DNA of 64,000 nt from an uncultured Rhodospirillaceae bacterium (GTDB lineage Bacteria > Pseudomonadota > Alphaproteobacteria > GCA-2731375). Within the stretch, counting starts at the first letter, position 1, and the number at the start of each line of letters is the position of its first letter. Shown piece by piece: positions 9,322 through 18,229 of this stretch. The position numbers and the translations under genes are program-made. The stretch covers positions 27,625 through 91,624 of the forward strand of contig CAYFPL010000013.1 in the NCBI GenBank assembly GCA_964344935.1, given 5' to 3'. The notes below the pieces were generated by a model. The model worked only from the letters and a program-made list of their open reading frames with translations. It was not told where the DNA came from and did not search any database.

Positions 9322-10656
9322 CTAGCGCCGCTGCATGGCCGGGCTGGCCAACAGCAGGGCCAAGGCCTCTTCGTTGCTTTCCGCCGACGTGATGGTCGCC
9401 AACGCCTCGCCCGGCGCACGCCCGGCCAGGATTTCCCGCGCCAAATCCGCCGCATCTGTATCGCCATTATGCGCGGCAGCCGTGGCGGCAGCGAAGCGGG
9501 CCCGGCGCAGGGCGCTGTCCGGGTTCAGCCAGGCGCCTTCGTCATCGGCCCAACCGGCGGGCGAGGGCTGCATGAAGGGCAGATGCCCGAACGAGGTCAG
9601 GACCTCGATGATCTCCCGCGGATCAGGCCGGCCGTCGATGGCGCGCAGGCAACCGACCACAAATTCCTGGGGCGTTTTGATCTTCCCTGGCCCCTCGGCC
9701 CAAGTTTCCGGCATGACCACCAGGGCCCGGGCCATCTCCTTCAAGTCGCCCTCGGTCTCCTGAAAGGTCCGCGCCAGCTTGTTCACCGCCGAAGGGGGCG
9801 GTTCGTCGGCGATGAAATGGCGCGCCATCTTGAAGGCGATGTGCCGGGCCGTGGCCTCTTGCCCGGCCAGCCAGTCCAGGGCGCCGCGCCCTTCTGCCTC
9901 GCCCGCCTCTTCATAAGCCTGGCCCATGAGTGTCTTCGGTCCCGGTTCGTGGGATTTTTCGCTGAAATGGAATTCGCCGGGGTTCGGCTCGTATCGGCGG
10001 GCGAATGTCCAGCCGGTCAGCATCTTGGCGAATTCTCGCACGTCGTCCTGGTCATAGCCGCCCTGGACGCCCAGGGTATGCAGCTCCAGAATTTCACGGG
10101 CCAGGTTCTCGTTCAGGCCGCGGTCATAATAGGTCACTGTGCCCCGGTGGGACCGCGGCCCGACGGAATTGTAGTTATCCAGGTAGAACAGCATGCCGGG
10201 ATGGCTGGCGGCATCGTGCAGCATGTCGCGAAAGCGGCCGGTGACGTGGGGGCGGACGGCTTCCCGCTCATGGCCGCCGGCCATGCCGATGGCCACGGCC
10301 TTGCGCCCGGAAACCGTAAAATGATTGCCCCAGAACCAGACCAGGCGTTCGCGGAACGGTTGCTCCGCCTCCACTGCCGCCAATATGCGGGCCGCCGCCT
10401 CCCGGGCCCAGAGGTCGCGGTAGTCGCCGCGGATGCGCTTGACCAACTCCGCCACCGACGTCAGCACCGCATCCCACCAGTCCAGCACATTGGCGCTGAC
10501 AGGGGGCAGGTCGGCCATGGCGGCGGGTGTCACCGCCTCACCTTCAAGCTGTTGCAATAGCCATCCCCGGGGATCGCCCGCCATCTGGGCGATCTCGCCC
10601 GGCTTTGGGCCCAGGCCGAAGCGGTGGGCGGCGATCAATGCCTCTTTTCGCGACAT
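9322..10656 (-). CDS. DUF1800 family protein
   Basis: WFWGNHFTVS motif characteristic of DUF1800. It lies 23 nt upstream of the DUF1501 gene, forming the canonical pair. Confidence 0.7.
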   Translation of the reverse strand: MSRKEALIAAHRFGLGPKPGEIAQMAGDPRGWLLQQLEGEAVTPAAMADLPPVSANVLDWWDAVLTSVAELVKRIRGDYRDLWAREAAARILAAVEAEQPFRERLVWFWGNHFTVSGRKAVAIGMAGGHEREAVRPHVTGRFRDMLHDAASHPGMLFYLDNYNSVGPRSHRGTVTYYDRGLNENLAREILELHTLGVQGGYDQDDVREFAKMLTGWTFARRYEPNPGEFHFSEKSHEPGPKTLMGQAYEEAGEAEGRGALDWLAGQEATARHIAFKMARHFIADEPPPSAVNKLARTFQETEGDLKEMARALVVMPETWAEGPGKIKTPQEFVVGCLRAIDGRPDPREIIEVLTSFGHLPFMQPSPAGWADDEGAWLNPDSALRRARFAAATAAAHNGDTDAADLAREILAGRAPGEALATITSAESNEEALALLLASPAMQRR

Positions 10657-10746
10657 TGCGGAAAAACTCCTGTTCCCGATATTCGCCTGAATGGCATGAT
10701 GGCAGTTTATCCCCAAGACGTTGGGTAAACAATTCGGGAGGCGGAT

Positions 10747-11121
10747 ATGGACGAAGCGGCAACTTTGAAGTTAATTGACGAAATCGGGGCCGCCTTCGCC
10801 CGCCACGATATCGACGCCATGGTGGGCTATTTCGCTCCTGACGGCGCGTTCGTCAACGCCATCGGGCCGGAGCCCCACGGCACCCGCTACCAAGGCCATC
10901 AAGAGATCAGGGGCTATTTCGAGGCGCTTTTCGAGGCGGTCGAGGATGTGCAGTGGGAGAAGAGCGATATCCGCGTGGCCGGCGAAAAGGCCTATGCGGA
11001 ATGGCATCGCCGCGCCACCTTGAAGAGCGGCGAGAAGCAGGACTGGTTGGGCGTGGACATCTATACCTTCGGCAACGGCCAGATCGTGAAAAAGGACACC
11101 TACATCAAGGTTGTCCGCTAG
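10747..11121 (+). CDS. SnoaL-like / NTF2-fold (ketosteroid-isomerase-like) protein
   Basis: 124 aa with LIDEIGAAFARHDIDAMVGYFAPDGAFVN, the pattern of the NTF2-like superfamily. Confidence 0.65.
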   Translation: MDEAATLKLIDEIGAAFARHDIDAMVGYFAPDGAFVNAIGPEPHGTRYQGHQEIRGYFEALFEAVEDVQWEKSDIRVAGEKAYAEWHRRATLKSGEKQDWLGVDIYTFGNGQIVKKDTYIKVVR

Positions 11122-11172
11122 ATTGCGGCAAGATTGACTGTGCTTGTCTTCTTACGGCAATTACATCTCGTC

Positions 11173-11254
11173 ACTCCCGCGAAGGCGGGAGTCCAGATCT
11201 CTCCAGAATTTCAGCGGTTTTCCTAGGTCCCTGGATTCCCGCCTTCGCGGGAAT
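11173..11254. repeat. Cluster of short palindromic intergenic repeats: ACTCCCGCGAAGGCGGGAGT at 11173-11192, ATTCCCGCCTTCGCGGGAAT at 11235-11254, and a partial CGAAGGCGG copy at 11266
   Basis: Read directly. Two perfect 20-bp palindromes share the CCCGC-N-GCGGG core in the 170-bp gap between convergent genes. Confidence 0.7.
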
Positions 11255-11292
11255 GACAGTGCCACGAAGGCGGTAACTCCCGCGGCATCCAT

Positions 11293-11907
11293 TTACGATT
11301 GTTCGCTAGCATATTCCGGGCACATGGCGGCGCGGCCCCGTTCGATATAGGCGGTCAGAATACTGTCGTCCGTGACCAGGGCGCTCAAGGGCGTTGACAC
11401 GGGCGAGGCGGCGATGGCGGCCAGCACGGGCACCAGGGCGCCGTCCGCCGCCACGGGCCGGGCGCCGAACAAGAAGGCCTGATCGCCGAGCAGCGCCTTG
11501 ACCGCGTCCAAATCTTCTCCCGCCTGGTGCAACACCTCGGCCCCCGGCCGGTATCCCCAGCTCTGGTTCGGTAGAGCGGCGAGGGCCTCCTTGCGCGCCT
11601 CCTGGGTGACGAAGGTGAATAGGGGCAGGGGGATATGGCCGAACTGTACTTTCTTGAGCCGGTCCCAATTATCCTCGTCCACCCAGCGGTCGTGGATCAG
11701 GGCCGGATGCAGCCGCTCCGCCACCATGCGGATGATGGCGTCCGAGGCCGCCCGCTCTATGGGGCTCAGGCCGGCGTCGAATTCCCAATCATAGGGCACC
11801 GCGTCTTGGTCGTTGTCGGAATTGGGCGCCAGGCCAAATGGTGTGTCGCAGGGGCTATGCTGGGGATCGGAGGCTGTGGGCGGGTGGGCGGTCAGGCTTT
11901 GCATGGC
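11293..11907 (-). CDS. Glutathione S-transferase-like protein (C-terminal GST domain)
   Basis: The C-terminal half ([25 protein letters not shown]) resembles the GST C-terminal helix motif. The N-terminus is low-complexity and the start at the internal ATG is uncertain. Confidence 0.45.
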   Translation of the reverse strand, partial: AMQSLTAHPPTASDPQHSPCDTPFGLAPNSDNDQDAVPYDWEFDAGLSPIERAASDAIIRMVAERLHPALIHDRWVDEDNWDRLKKVQFGHIPLPLFTFVTQEARKEALAALPNQSWGYRPGAEVLHQAGEDLDAVKALLGDQAFLFGARPVAADGALVPVLAAIAASPVSTPLSALVTDDSILTAYIERGRAAMCPEYASEQS

Positions 11908-11987
11908 ATCCTCTTGATTTGTTCGTTCTGTATTTGTACCAAAGCCTGCTGCCAACTTATGGCAGTAATGCGGGGGATAATCCGCCC

Positions 11988-12665
11988 ATGTCCCGAAGTG
12001 AACGGCTGCTGAAATTGATGCAACTGATGCGCGCTATGACCCCGCCCATACGGGCGGAGGAACTGGCGGATGAACTAGACGTTTCCAAACGTTCCATCTA
12101 TCGCGATATCGAGAGCCTGCGCGCCACTGGCGCCGTGATCGATGGCGAGGCCGGGTTCGGCTATACCCTGGTGGAGGATCCGGCCCTGCCGCCCATGATG
12201 TTCAGCCGGGATGAGATGGAGGCTCTGGTCCTGGGCCTGCGCGAGGTGCGCGAGGTGGGCGACCCAGTGCTGGCGGATGCGGCCCAGAACGCCCTGGCCA
12301 AGCTGCGCGCCTCCCTGCCCGATCGCATGGCGGCGCAGTTCGAGAATGCCGTCCTGCATGCCAAGCGCTGGTACGAACGGCCCAAGATCTCCATCGACGT
12401 GGCCGCCCTGCGCCGTGCTGCCTGGGATGAACGGGTGGTGGAGATCACCTATACGGATCTCTCCGGCAACTTCACCCGGCGGCGGATCAAGCCCCTGTCC
12501 ATGGTCTTCATGGACCGCTCCCTGGTGCTGTTGACCTGGTGCCTGCTGCGCCAGGACTTTCGTGTCTTCCGCGTCGATCTGATCGAGACCCTGGAAGTGA
12601 CCGAAGAAAGCTTCCGCCCGCACCGGGTCTCCCTGCTGCGCGACTGCCTGGCCAAGGTCGGTTGA
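11988..12665 (+). CDS. YafY-family transcriptional regulator (HTH + WYL domain)
   Basis: MSRSERLLKLMQLMRAMTPPIRAEELADELDVSKRSIYRDIESL is an HTH_11 domain. The WYL-type C-terminus includes EITYTDLSGNFTRRRIKP. Confidence 0.8.
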   Translation: MSRSERLLKLMQLMRAMTPPIRAEELADELDVSKRSIYRDIESLRATGAVIDGEAGFGYTLVEDPALPPMMFSRDEMEALVLGLREVREVGDPVLADAAQNALAKLRASLPDRMAAQFENAVLHAKRWYERPKISIDVAALRRAAWDERVVEITYTDLSGNFTRRRIKPLSMVFMDRSLVLLTWCLLRQDFRVFRVDLIETLEVTEESFRPHRVSLLRDCLAKVG

Positions 12666-12768
12666 CGGCTCCGCTGTGAAGGATGCTGGCAAGACCGCCC
12701 GGGCCGGCTTAAGATTCGCCGCTGTAAGAGTTTGTTGAAACAGCCAAGAATCGGTCCATGGAGATGGC

Positions 12769-13197
12769 ATGCACGCATTCAAGGGCGCCTGTCACTGCGG
12801 CAATCTCACGGTCGAGTACCTCACCGCCATTCCGGCGGCGGCGGCGGCGGTCAGGGCCTGCCAATGCACATTCTGCCGCAAGCATGACGCCCGGGCGGTA
12901 TCCGACCCTGGTGGCCGTATTACAATCACGGCGAAAGACCCCGGGCGGCTCCTGCGCTATCGCTTTGGATTGGAGGTCACCGACTACCTGATCTGCGGGC
13001 AATGCGGCGTCTATGTTTCCGCCTATACGCAACAGGGCGGTGAGGCCTATGCCAATGTCATGGTCAATGTCCTCGATGACCGGGCCGCCTTTCCGACGCC
13101 CCGGCCCGTAGATCTGGACGGCGAGGATGCGAATGGAAAATGGCAACGCCGCCGGGAGAATTGGACGCCCGCGGTCTTGATCACCACGGCCGGATGA
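12769..13197 (+). CDS. GFA (glutathione-dependent formaldehyde-activating / CENP-V-like) family protein
   Basis: CHCGNL...CQCTFCRKH...CGQCG zinc-binding cysteine pattern of the GFA family. Confidence 0.8.
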   Translation: MHAFKGACHCGNLTVEYLTAIPAAAAAVRACQCTFCRKHDARAVSDPGGRITITAKDPGRLLRYRFGLEVTDYLICGQCGVYVSAYTQQGGEAYANVMVNVLDDRAAFPTPRPVDLDGEDANGKWQRRRENWTPAVLITTAG

Positions 13198-13294
13198 GAT
13201 CGTATTGACACCCCGGCCATGACGGCCAGGGCGGCAAAGGCATAAGTGGACGGCACGGTAGCCGGCAAAGTAGACGGCGTGAAAGGAACGATCC

Positions 13295-14317
13295 ATGGCG
13301 GAAGACAGCGCATTCGACCCCCAGACCCTGAATCTGGAGACCGCGCGGGCCCGGCACCGGGAACTGGCGGATGCGGTGATTGCCACGCCTCTGGTGCGCC
13401 TGGCCTCCCCCGCCATCGGCCGGCTGCTGGAGAGCGAAGATATCTACCTGAAACTGGAATGTTTCCAGCACACCGGCACGTTCAAGGCCCGGGGCGCCCT
13501 GTCTGTGGCCCGCGCCATTCCCAGCAGCGATGCCGGCAAGGGCATCACCGCCGCATCCGCCGGCAACCATGCCATCGCCGCTGCCTGGGCGGCGCGGCAA
13601 CTGGGCATGAGCGCCAAGGTGGTGATGCAGGCCACCGCCAATCCGTTCCGGGTCGGCATGGCCCAGGCCGAAGGCGCCGAACTGATCATGAAGCCGGACG
13701 GCATGGCCGCCATTGGCGAGGCGGAGCGCCTGGCGCGAGACGAGGGGCGCACCTTCATCCATCCCTTCGAGGGCATCAACACCACCCTGGGTGCCGCCGG
13801 CGTGGGGCTGGAGATTATGGATGCCCAGCGGGACCTCGAGGCCGTGGTGGTCTCGGTCGGCGGCGGCGGTTTGATCAGCGGCGTGTCCGCCGGCGTCAAG
13901 CTGGTGAACCCTGACTGCGCCGTCTATGGCGTCGAACCGGTGGGCGCCGACAGCGTCTCCCGCAGCCTGGCCGCCGGCGAACCGGTGACCCTGGACAAAG
14001 TGGACACCATCGCCGACAGCCTGGGTCCCCCGATGTCCCTGCCCTATGGCCTGTCCGTCATCCGCGCCTTCGTGGACGATGTGGTGACCATCACCGACGA
14101 TCAGATCCTCGCCGGCCTCGTGGTCTGCCAGGAAGAGGGCAAGCTGGCCGTCGAACCCGCCGCCGGCGCCGCCATGGCCGCGGCCCTGGGCCCCTTGCGG
14201 GCGCGCCTTAGGGGCAAGCGCACCTGTATCCTGATCTGCGGCGCCAACATCGACGGCGAAACCTACACCGCCCAGCACCAACGCGGCCGGGCCCACGTGG
14301 CGGCGCTGATGGGATAG
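13295..14317 (+). CDS. Threonine/serine dehydratase (PLP fold-type II, catabolic-type, no ACT domain)
   Basis: LKLECFQHTGTFKARGA, SAGNHA and GGGGL motifs. The last ~25 codons (ICGANIDGETYTAQHQRGRAHVAALMG*) are the sequence copied in the downstream repeat array. Confidence 0.85.
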   Translation: MAEDSAFDPQTLNLETARARHRELADAVIATPLVRLASPAIGRLLESEDIYLKLECFQHTGTFKARGALSVARAIPSSDAGKGITAASAGNHAIAAAWAARQLGMSAKVVMQATANPFRVGMAQAEGAELIMKPDGMAAIGEAERLARDEGRTFIHPFEGINTTLGAAGVGLEIMDAQRDLEAVVVSVGGGGLISGVSAGVKLVNPDCAVYGVEPVGADSVSRSLAAGEPVTLDKVDTIADSLGPPMSLPYGLSVIRAFVDDVVTITDDQILAGLVVCQEEGKLAVEPAAGAAMAAALGPLRARLRGKRTCILICGANIDGETYTAQHQRGRAHVAALMG

Positions 14318-14400
14318 CGCCGCCCGGGTGTGGCAGCGCTGATCCGCATCGGCCCCGGATCTATTTCAGCCCAGCGGCCGACATTGTCCGCTTTGTGCTA
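14236..14400 (+). repeat. R0: native copy of the array repeat (3' ~80 nt of the dehydratase gene + ~85 nt downstream)
   Basis: Serves as the reference for the degenerate copies R1-R4. Confidence 0.8.
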
Positions 14401-14515
14401 GAAAGGGGCATCGGCAGGCGGAATTTTGGATCGTCCCGACAAGTGTCATTTCATCGACCAAGGTCGTCCAACCGCTTGAAGGCTCGTCGTCACTCCGCCG
14501 TTCTCGGCAAGAATC

Positions 14516-15829
14516 TTGCTTGCTACACTGCCAAATTGGCAACGGTCACCTATTTGGAACCATGATATTTTGATGGATCAGTTGAACGTCACTGCGGACA
14601 ACGCCGCGCGGCGGTTGATACGTTGGTGGGCGAGGCTCGGGATCGAACCCTATCCACCGCGCACCCGGCGACGGCTGGCCCTGATCAACGTCGTGGCGTT
14701 GATCTGTGCGGGCCTTTCCTATGGCTACGCCATCCTCAATCTGGTCGAGGATGCCATCGGCCTTTGGGCGCCGATGCTGGTGATCGTGGTGCAGGGCGCG
14801 TTGTTCTTGTGTACCCCTCTTTGGCATCGCTTCGGCGATCTGGCGGCGGCGTTCTACTTCATATTTATCTGGCTCACCAACGTTCTGGTGGTTGCGCTGA
14901 TGGCCGGCGTCGATACCGGGGCGCATTTCTATTTTCTTCCCGGCGCCGCCGGCATGCTGCTCTTTCTGGGACCGGGGCGCATTCGTCTGGCGTCCGCGCT
15001 GGCCTTGATCCCGCTGGCGCTATTCATATCCATCGAGGCGACGCAACCGGCCACGGCAAGTTTCGTCCGCGTCGACCAGGCTTATCTGACCACAAACTAT
15101 TATGCGGGCATCGTAGGTTCCTACTTCATGATCTTTGTCATGTTGATCTACGCCTTCCGCGAGACCTCCCGCGCCGAGGACGCGCTCGAACGCGAGCATG
15201 CCCGCTCGGAGCGGCTGCTCGGCAATTTGCTACCCGAAAGCATCGCGCTTCGCCTCAAGGACGAGCCTGACAATGTGATCGCCGACGATCTGGGGCATGT
15301 CACGATCCTATTCGCCGACATCGTCGACTTCACGCCGAGGGCGCAGCGGCTGACACCGCCGGAATTGGTCGCCTTCTTGAATCGTGTCTTCACCGAATAC
15401 GACGGGTTGGCCGAGAAATACGGACTCGAGAAGATCAAGACCATCGGCGATGCCTACATGGTCGCCGCCGGCATGCCTGATCCGCGCCACGATCACGCCC
15501 AGGCCGTGGCCGACATGGCGCTCGATATGTTGCAGGTCACCGCCAAACTCGGACGCGAGATTGGCGAGGACCTGTCGGTTCGCATTGGCCTTCACACCGG
15601 CAATGCGGTGGCCGGGGTTATTGGCACGCGAAAGTTCTTCTATGACGTTTGGGGAGACACGGTGAACACCGCAGCGCGGATGGAAAGCCACGGTGAGCCG
15701 GGCCGCATTCAGGTCACTTCCGAGGCCAAGGAAGTGCTGTCCGACGTCTTCACATTCGAACCAAGGGGTGAAGTAGAGATCAAGGGCAAAGGGCGGATCC
15801 ACACCTGGTGGCTCACTGGGCGAGCTTGA
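14516..15829 (+). CDS. Membrane-anchored class III adenylate/guanylate cyclase
   Basis: N-terminal multi-TM region, then a CYC domain: ILFADIVDFT...KIKTIGDAYM...GDTVNTAARMES. The stop abuts repeat R1. Confidence 0.8.
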   Translation: MLATLPNWQRSPIWNHDILMDQLNVTADNAARRLIRWWARLGIEPYPPRTRRRLALINVVALICAGLSYGYAILNLVEDAIGLWAPMLVIVVQGALFLCTPLWHRFGDLAAAFYFIFIWLTNVLVVALMAGVDTGAHFYFLPGAAGMLLFLGPGRIRLASALALIPLALFISIEATQPATASFVRVDQAYLTTNYYAGIVGSYFMIFVMLIYAFRETSRAEDALEREHARSERLLGNLLPESIALRLKDEPDNVIADDLGHVTILFADIVDFTPRAQRLTPPELVAFLNRVFTEYDGLAEKYGLEKIKTIGDAYMVAAGMPDPRHDHAQAVADMALDMLQVTAKLGREIGEDLSVRIGLHTGNAVAGVIGTRKFFYDVWGDTVNTAARMESHGEPGRIQVTSEAKEVLSDVFTFEPRGEVEIKGKGRIHTWWLTGRA

Positions 15830-15980
15830 AGGATGGCGCCCGGCACACCCGCGACTGGGCCCATGTCGCGGCGCTGATGGAATAGCGCGGGCGGGCGCAG
15901 GACTGCCGATCCGAATTGGAACAGGATCTATTTCAACCGAGCGGCCGCCCATGTCTGCTTCGTGCCACAAGCGGACATTA
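15829..15980 (+). repeat. R1: degenerate copy of the dehydratase 3' end and downstream region
   Basis: cacacccgcgactgggcccatgtcgcggcgctgatggaatag...ggatctatttcaaccgagcggccgcccatgtctgcttcgtgcc aligns with the native 14270-14400. Confidence 0.8.
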
Positions 15981-16023
15981 CAGTACTTCGCATTGTCGTC
16001 CCATTGGCGCACAATAGTGTTCC

Positions 16024-16857
16024 ATGAGATCTATGGTTACGACGTTCCTGTTGGTTAGCTGCCTTATCTTTCCTGACGGCGGGATGGCCGAGAAACGAGC
16101 CGTCGATTTGGAGCTGGTGCTGGCGGTCGACATTTCGCGCAGCATGGACTTGGATGAGGCTGCGCTGGTGCGTCAGGGCTTTGTCCGTGCCCTCCGTCAC
16201 CCTGATGTCGTTGCTGCAATCGAACGGGGCCGGCTCGGGCGCATCGCCGTCACTTATGTTGAATGGGGCAGCGAGCGATACCAAAGAGTGCGGGTCGATT
16301 GGTCTGAATTGTCCGACGCGGCCAGCGCCGCCGCATTCGCCGAGGAGATCGAGCGGTCCAGCGTCTTCCTTGTTGAGTATACCTCAATCAGCGATGCCAT
16401 TGCGTTCGCCAGCCGGCACTTCAAGAACAACGGTTTTCAAGGCGAGCGGCGCGTCGTCGATATCTCCGGTGACGGCCCGAACAATAGCGGCCCCTACGTG
16501 AACCTTGCTCGCGACCAGGCGACTGCCGAGGGCATTGTCATTAATGGTCTGCCCATCGTCAACGACCGCCCCAACGTCTATAGCTTTCCGCCATTTCCCG
16601 ATCTTGACCTATATTACGAGGACTGCGTCGTCGGCGGCCCTGGCGCATTCATCGTAGTTGCCGATGGCTTTGAGGATTTTGCTCGCGCCATTCTTCGCAA
16701 GCTGGTGACGGAGATAGCTGATCGATCACCTCCGCAAGGTCGCATATGGTTGACCGCAACCAGACCTCGACCACCCTGCAATGCGGGAGAGCTGCAGCTT
16801 CAGGAGTTCCAAAGAAATCCAACCTGGCGACAACCTATTCCCCTGTACGACTTTTAA
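16024..16857 (+). CDS. DUF1194 (VWA-like) domain protein with signal peptide
   Basis: LVLAVDISRSMD is a MIDAS-like DxSxS motif. VDISGDGPNN is typical of DUF1194. Confidence 0.6.
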   Translation: MRSMVTTFLLVSCLIFPDGGMAEKRAVDLELVLAVDISRSMDLDEAALVRQGFVRALRHPDVVAAIERGRLGRIAVTYVEWGSERYQRVRVDWSELSDAASAAAFAEEIERSSVFLVEYTSISDAIAFASRHFKNNGFQGERRVVDISGDGPNNSGPYVNLARDQATAEGIVINGLPIVNDRPNVYSFPPFPDLDLYYEDCVVGGPGAFIVVADGFEDFARAILRKLVTEIADRSPPQGRIWLTATRPRPPCNAGELQLQEFQRNPTWRQPIPLYDF

Positions 16858-17218
16858 TATCTTCAAACAGGCGTGCCCGATTGAGTGCAGCTCCAAGCAT
16901 CTGAATTGAGGCCATCTCGACGGCAATTTTGCATTCCAACAATGCTTGATGTTGGATGAACAGCGGAATTGGGGTAGGCGACGCATATCGGCAGGTCTGT
17001 GCCATGGGCCGACATCGGTCGCCTCACATAACCTGCATGGATTTGGTGTTCGAGGGTCGTTACACTCCGGTGCATGTCAGGCGGACCCCAGCGTAGATTG
17101 GCGGCCATCGATGCCACCGACATCTTCGGCTATTCGAGGTCGTGCCTTGCCAACTGAGTGTAGGATTGCTGTCACGACCAAGATTACGATTCAATATTGC
17201 GGATAGGCAGAGACAAAC

Positions 17219-17989
17219 ATGCGATTAGAAAACAAAGTGGCACTGTTGACAGGTGCCGCCGCCGCGATAGATGGCGAGCTGATGGGCTTTGGCGGGGCAT
17301 CCGCCCACTTGTTCGTCCGGGAGGGCGCAAAGGTTGTCTTGACCGACATTCGCGATGAGTTGGGCGAGCGATCGGCCGCTGCCCTGCGGGACAAGGGGGC
17401 CGATGCCATCTACCGGCATCTGGATGTCACCTCTGAAGCGGATTGGAACCAGGCCGTTGAAGACACAATGGAGGCATTCGGCCGCCTCGATATCCTGTTC
17501 AACAACGCCGGCGTCGCCTTTCCCACGAAGATCGAGAATTTATCGGAGGAGACTTGGGACCTCGAACTTGCCGTGCATGCCAAGGGCGCCTTTCTTGGCA
17601 CCAAGTCCGTCATTCCGGCCATGCGCCGGGGTGGCGGCGGATCGATCATCAACACCTCATCCATAATGGGTATCGTGGGCAGTCCGACGACGCCTGCCTA
17701 TTCCGCCGCCAAGGGGGCCATCCGGCTGTTTACCAAAACCGCGGCGCTGCAGTATGCGGCGGAAAATATACGCGTGAATTCAATTCATCCCGGATATGCG
17801 ACCACCCCACTTACCGCCGAACGGTTCAGCGACCCAGAGGTCAACGAAGTCCTGTTGGCGAGGACCCCCATGGGCCGGCTTGGAACAGCTGAAGATATCG
17901 CCAACGGTGTTTTGTTTCTGGCCTCCGACGAATCCGCTTGGATGACCGGTTCCGAACTTGTCATAGATGGCGGCATGACCGCTCAATAA
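17219..17989 (+). CDS. SDR-family oxidoreductase
   Basis: TGAAAAIDG glycine-rich motif, NNAG, and a YSAAK catalytic Y-x-x-x-K. Confidence 0.85.
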   Translation: MRLENKVALLTGAAAAIDGELMGFGGASAHLFVREGAKVVLTDIRDELGERSAAALRDKGADAIYRHLDVTSEADWNQAVEDTMEAFGRLDILFNNAGVAFPTKIENLSEETWDLELAVHAKGAFLGTKSVIPAMRRGGGGSIINTSSIMGIVGSPTTPAYSAAKGAIRLFTKTAALQYAAENIRVNSIHPGYATTPLTAERFSDPEVNEVLLARTPMGRLGTAEDIANGVLFLASDESAWMTGSELVIDGGMTAQ

Positions 17990-18229
17990 ATACCGGCTGG
18001 GAAAGTCCGGCCCGAATAATCTGTGGACGGCCAACAATATGGATAGAATCTCAGAGTTCGATCCCAGTCATTCTTGTTGATCCCCAGTTTTTCCGGCAAT
18101 GCGCGAAGTCGGGAAACCAGCGGAAACTGGTCTCAGAGGCGCTGAGTAACCATGTGTGCCATAAGCAGACATCATCCCTCGCTTCAATCCGCGTAGATTC
18201 CCTGTGCGGCGATAGTTACACTCGACCCT

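Noticed and set aside
9079-10560. 493-aa plus-strand ORF antisense to the DUF1800 gene
   Set aside because: Shadow ORF. The minus strand carries the WFWGNHF DUF1800 motif.
13181-14296. 371-aa minus-strand ORF covering the whole dehydratase gene
   Set aside because: It is antisense to a well-supported CDS. Its composition is Gly/Ala/Arg-rich with no motifs, a typical high-GC shadow ORF.
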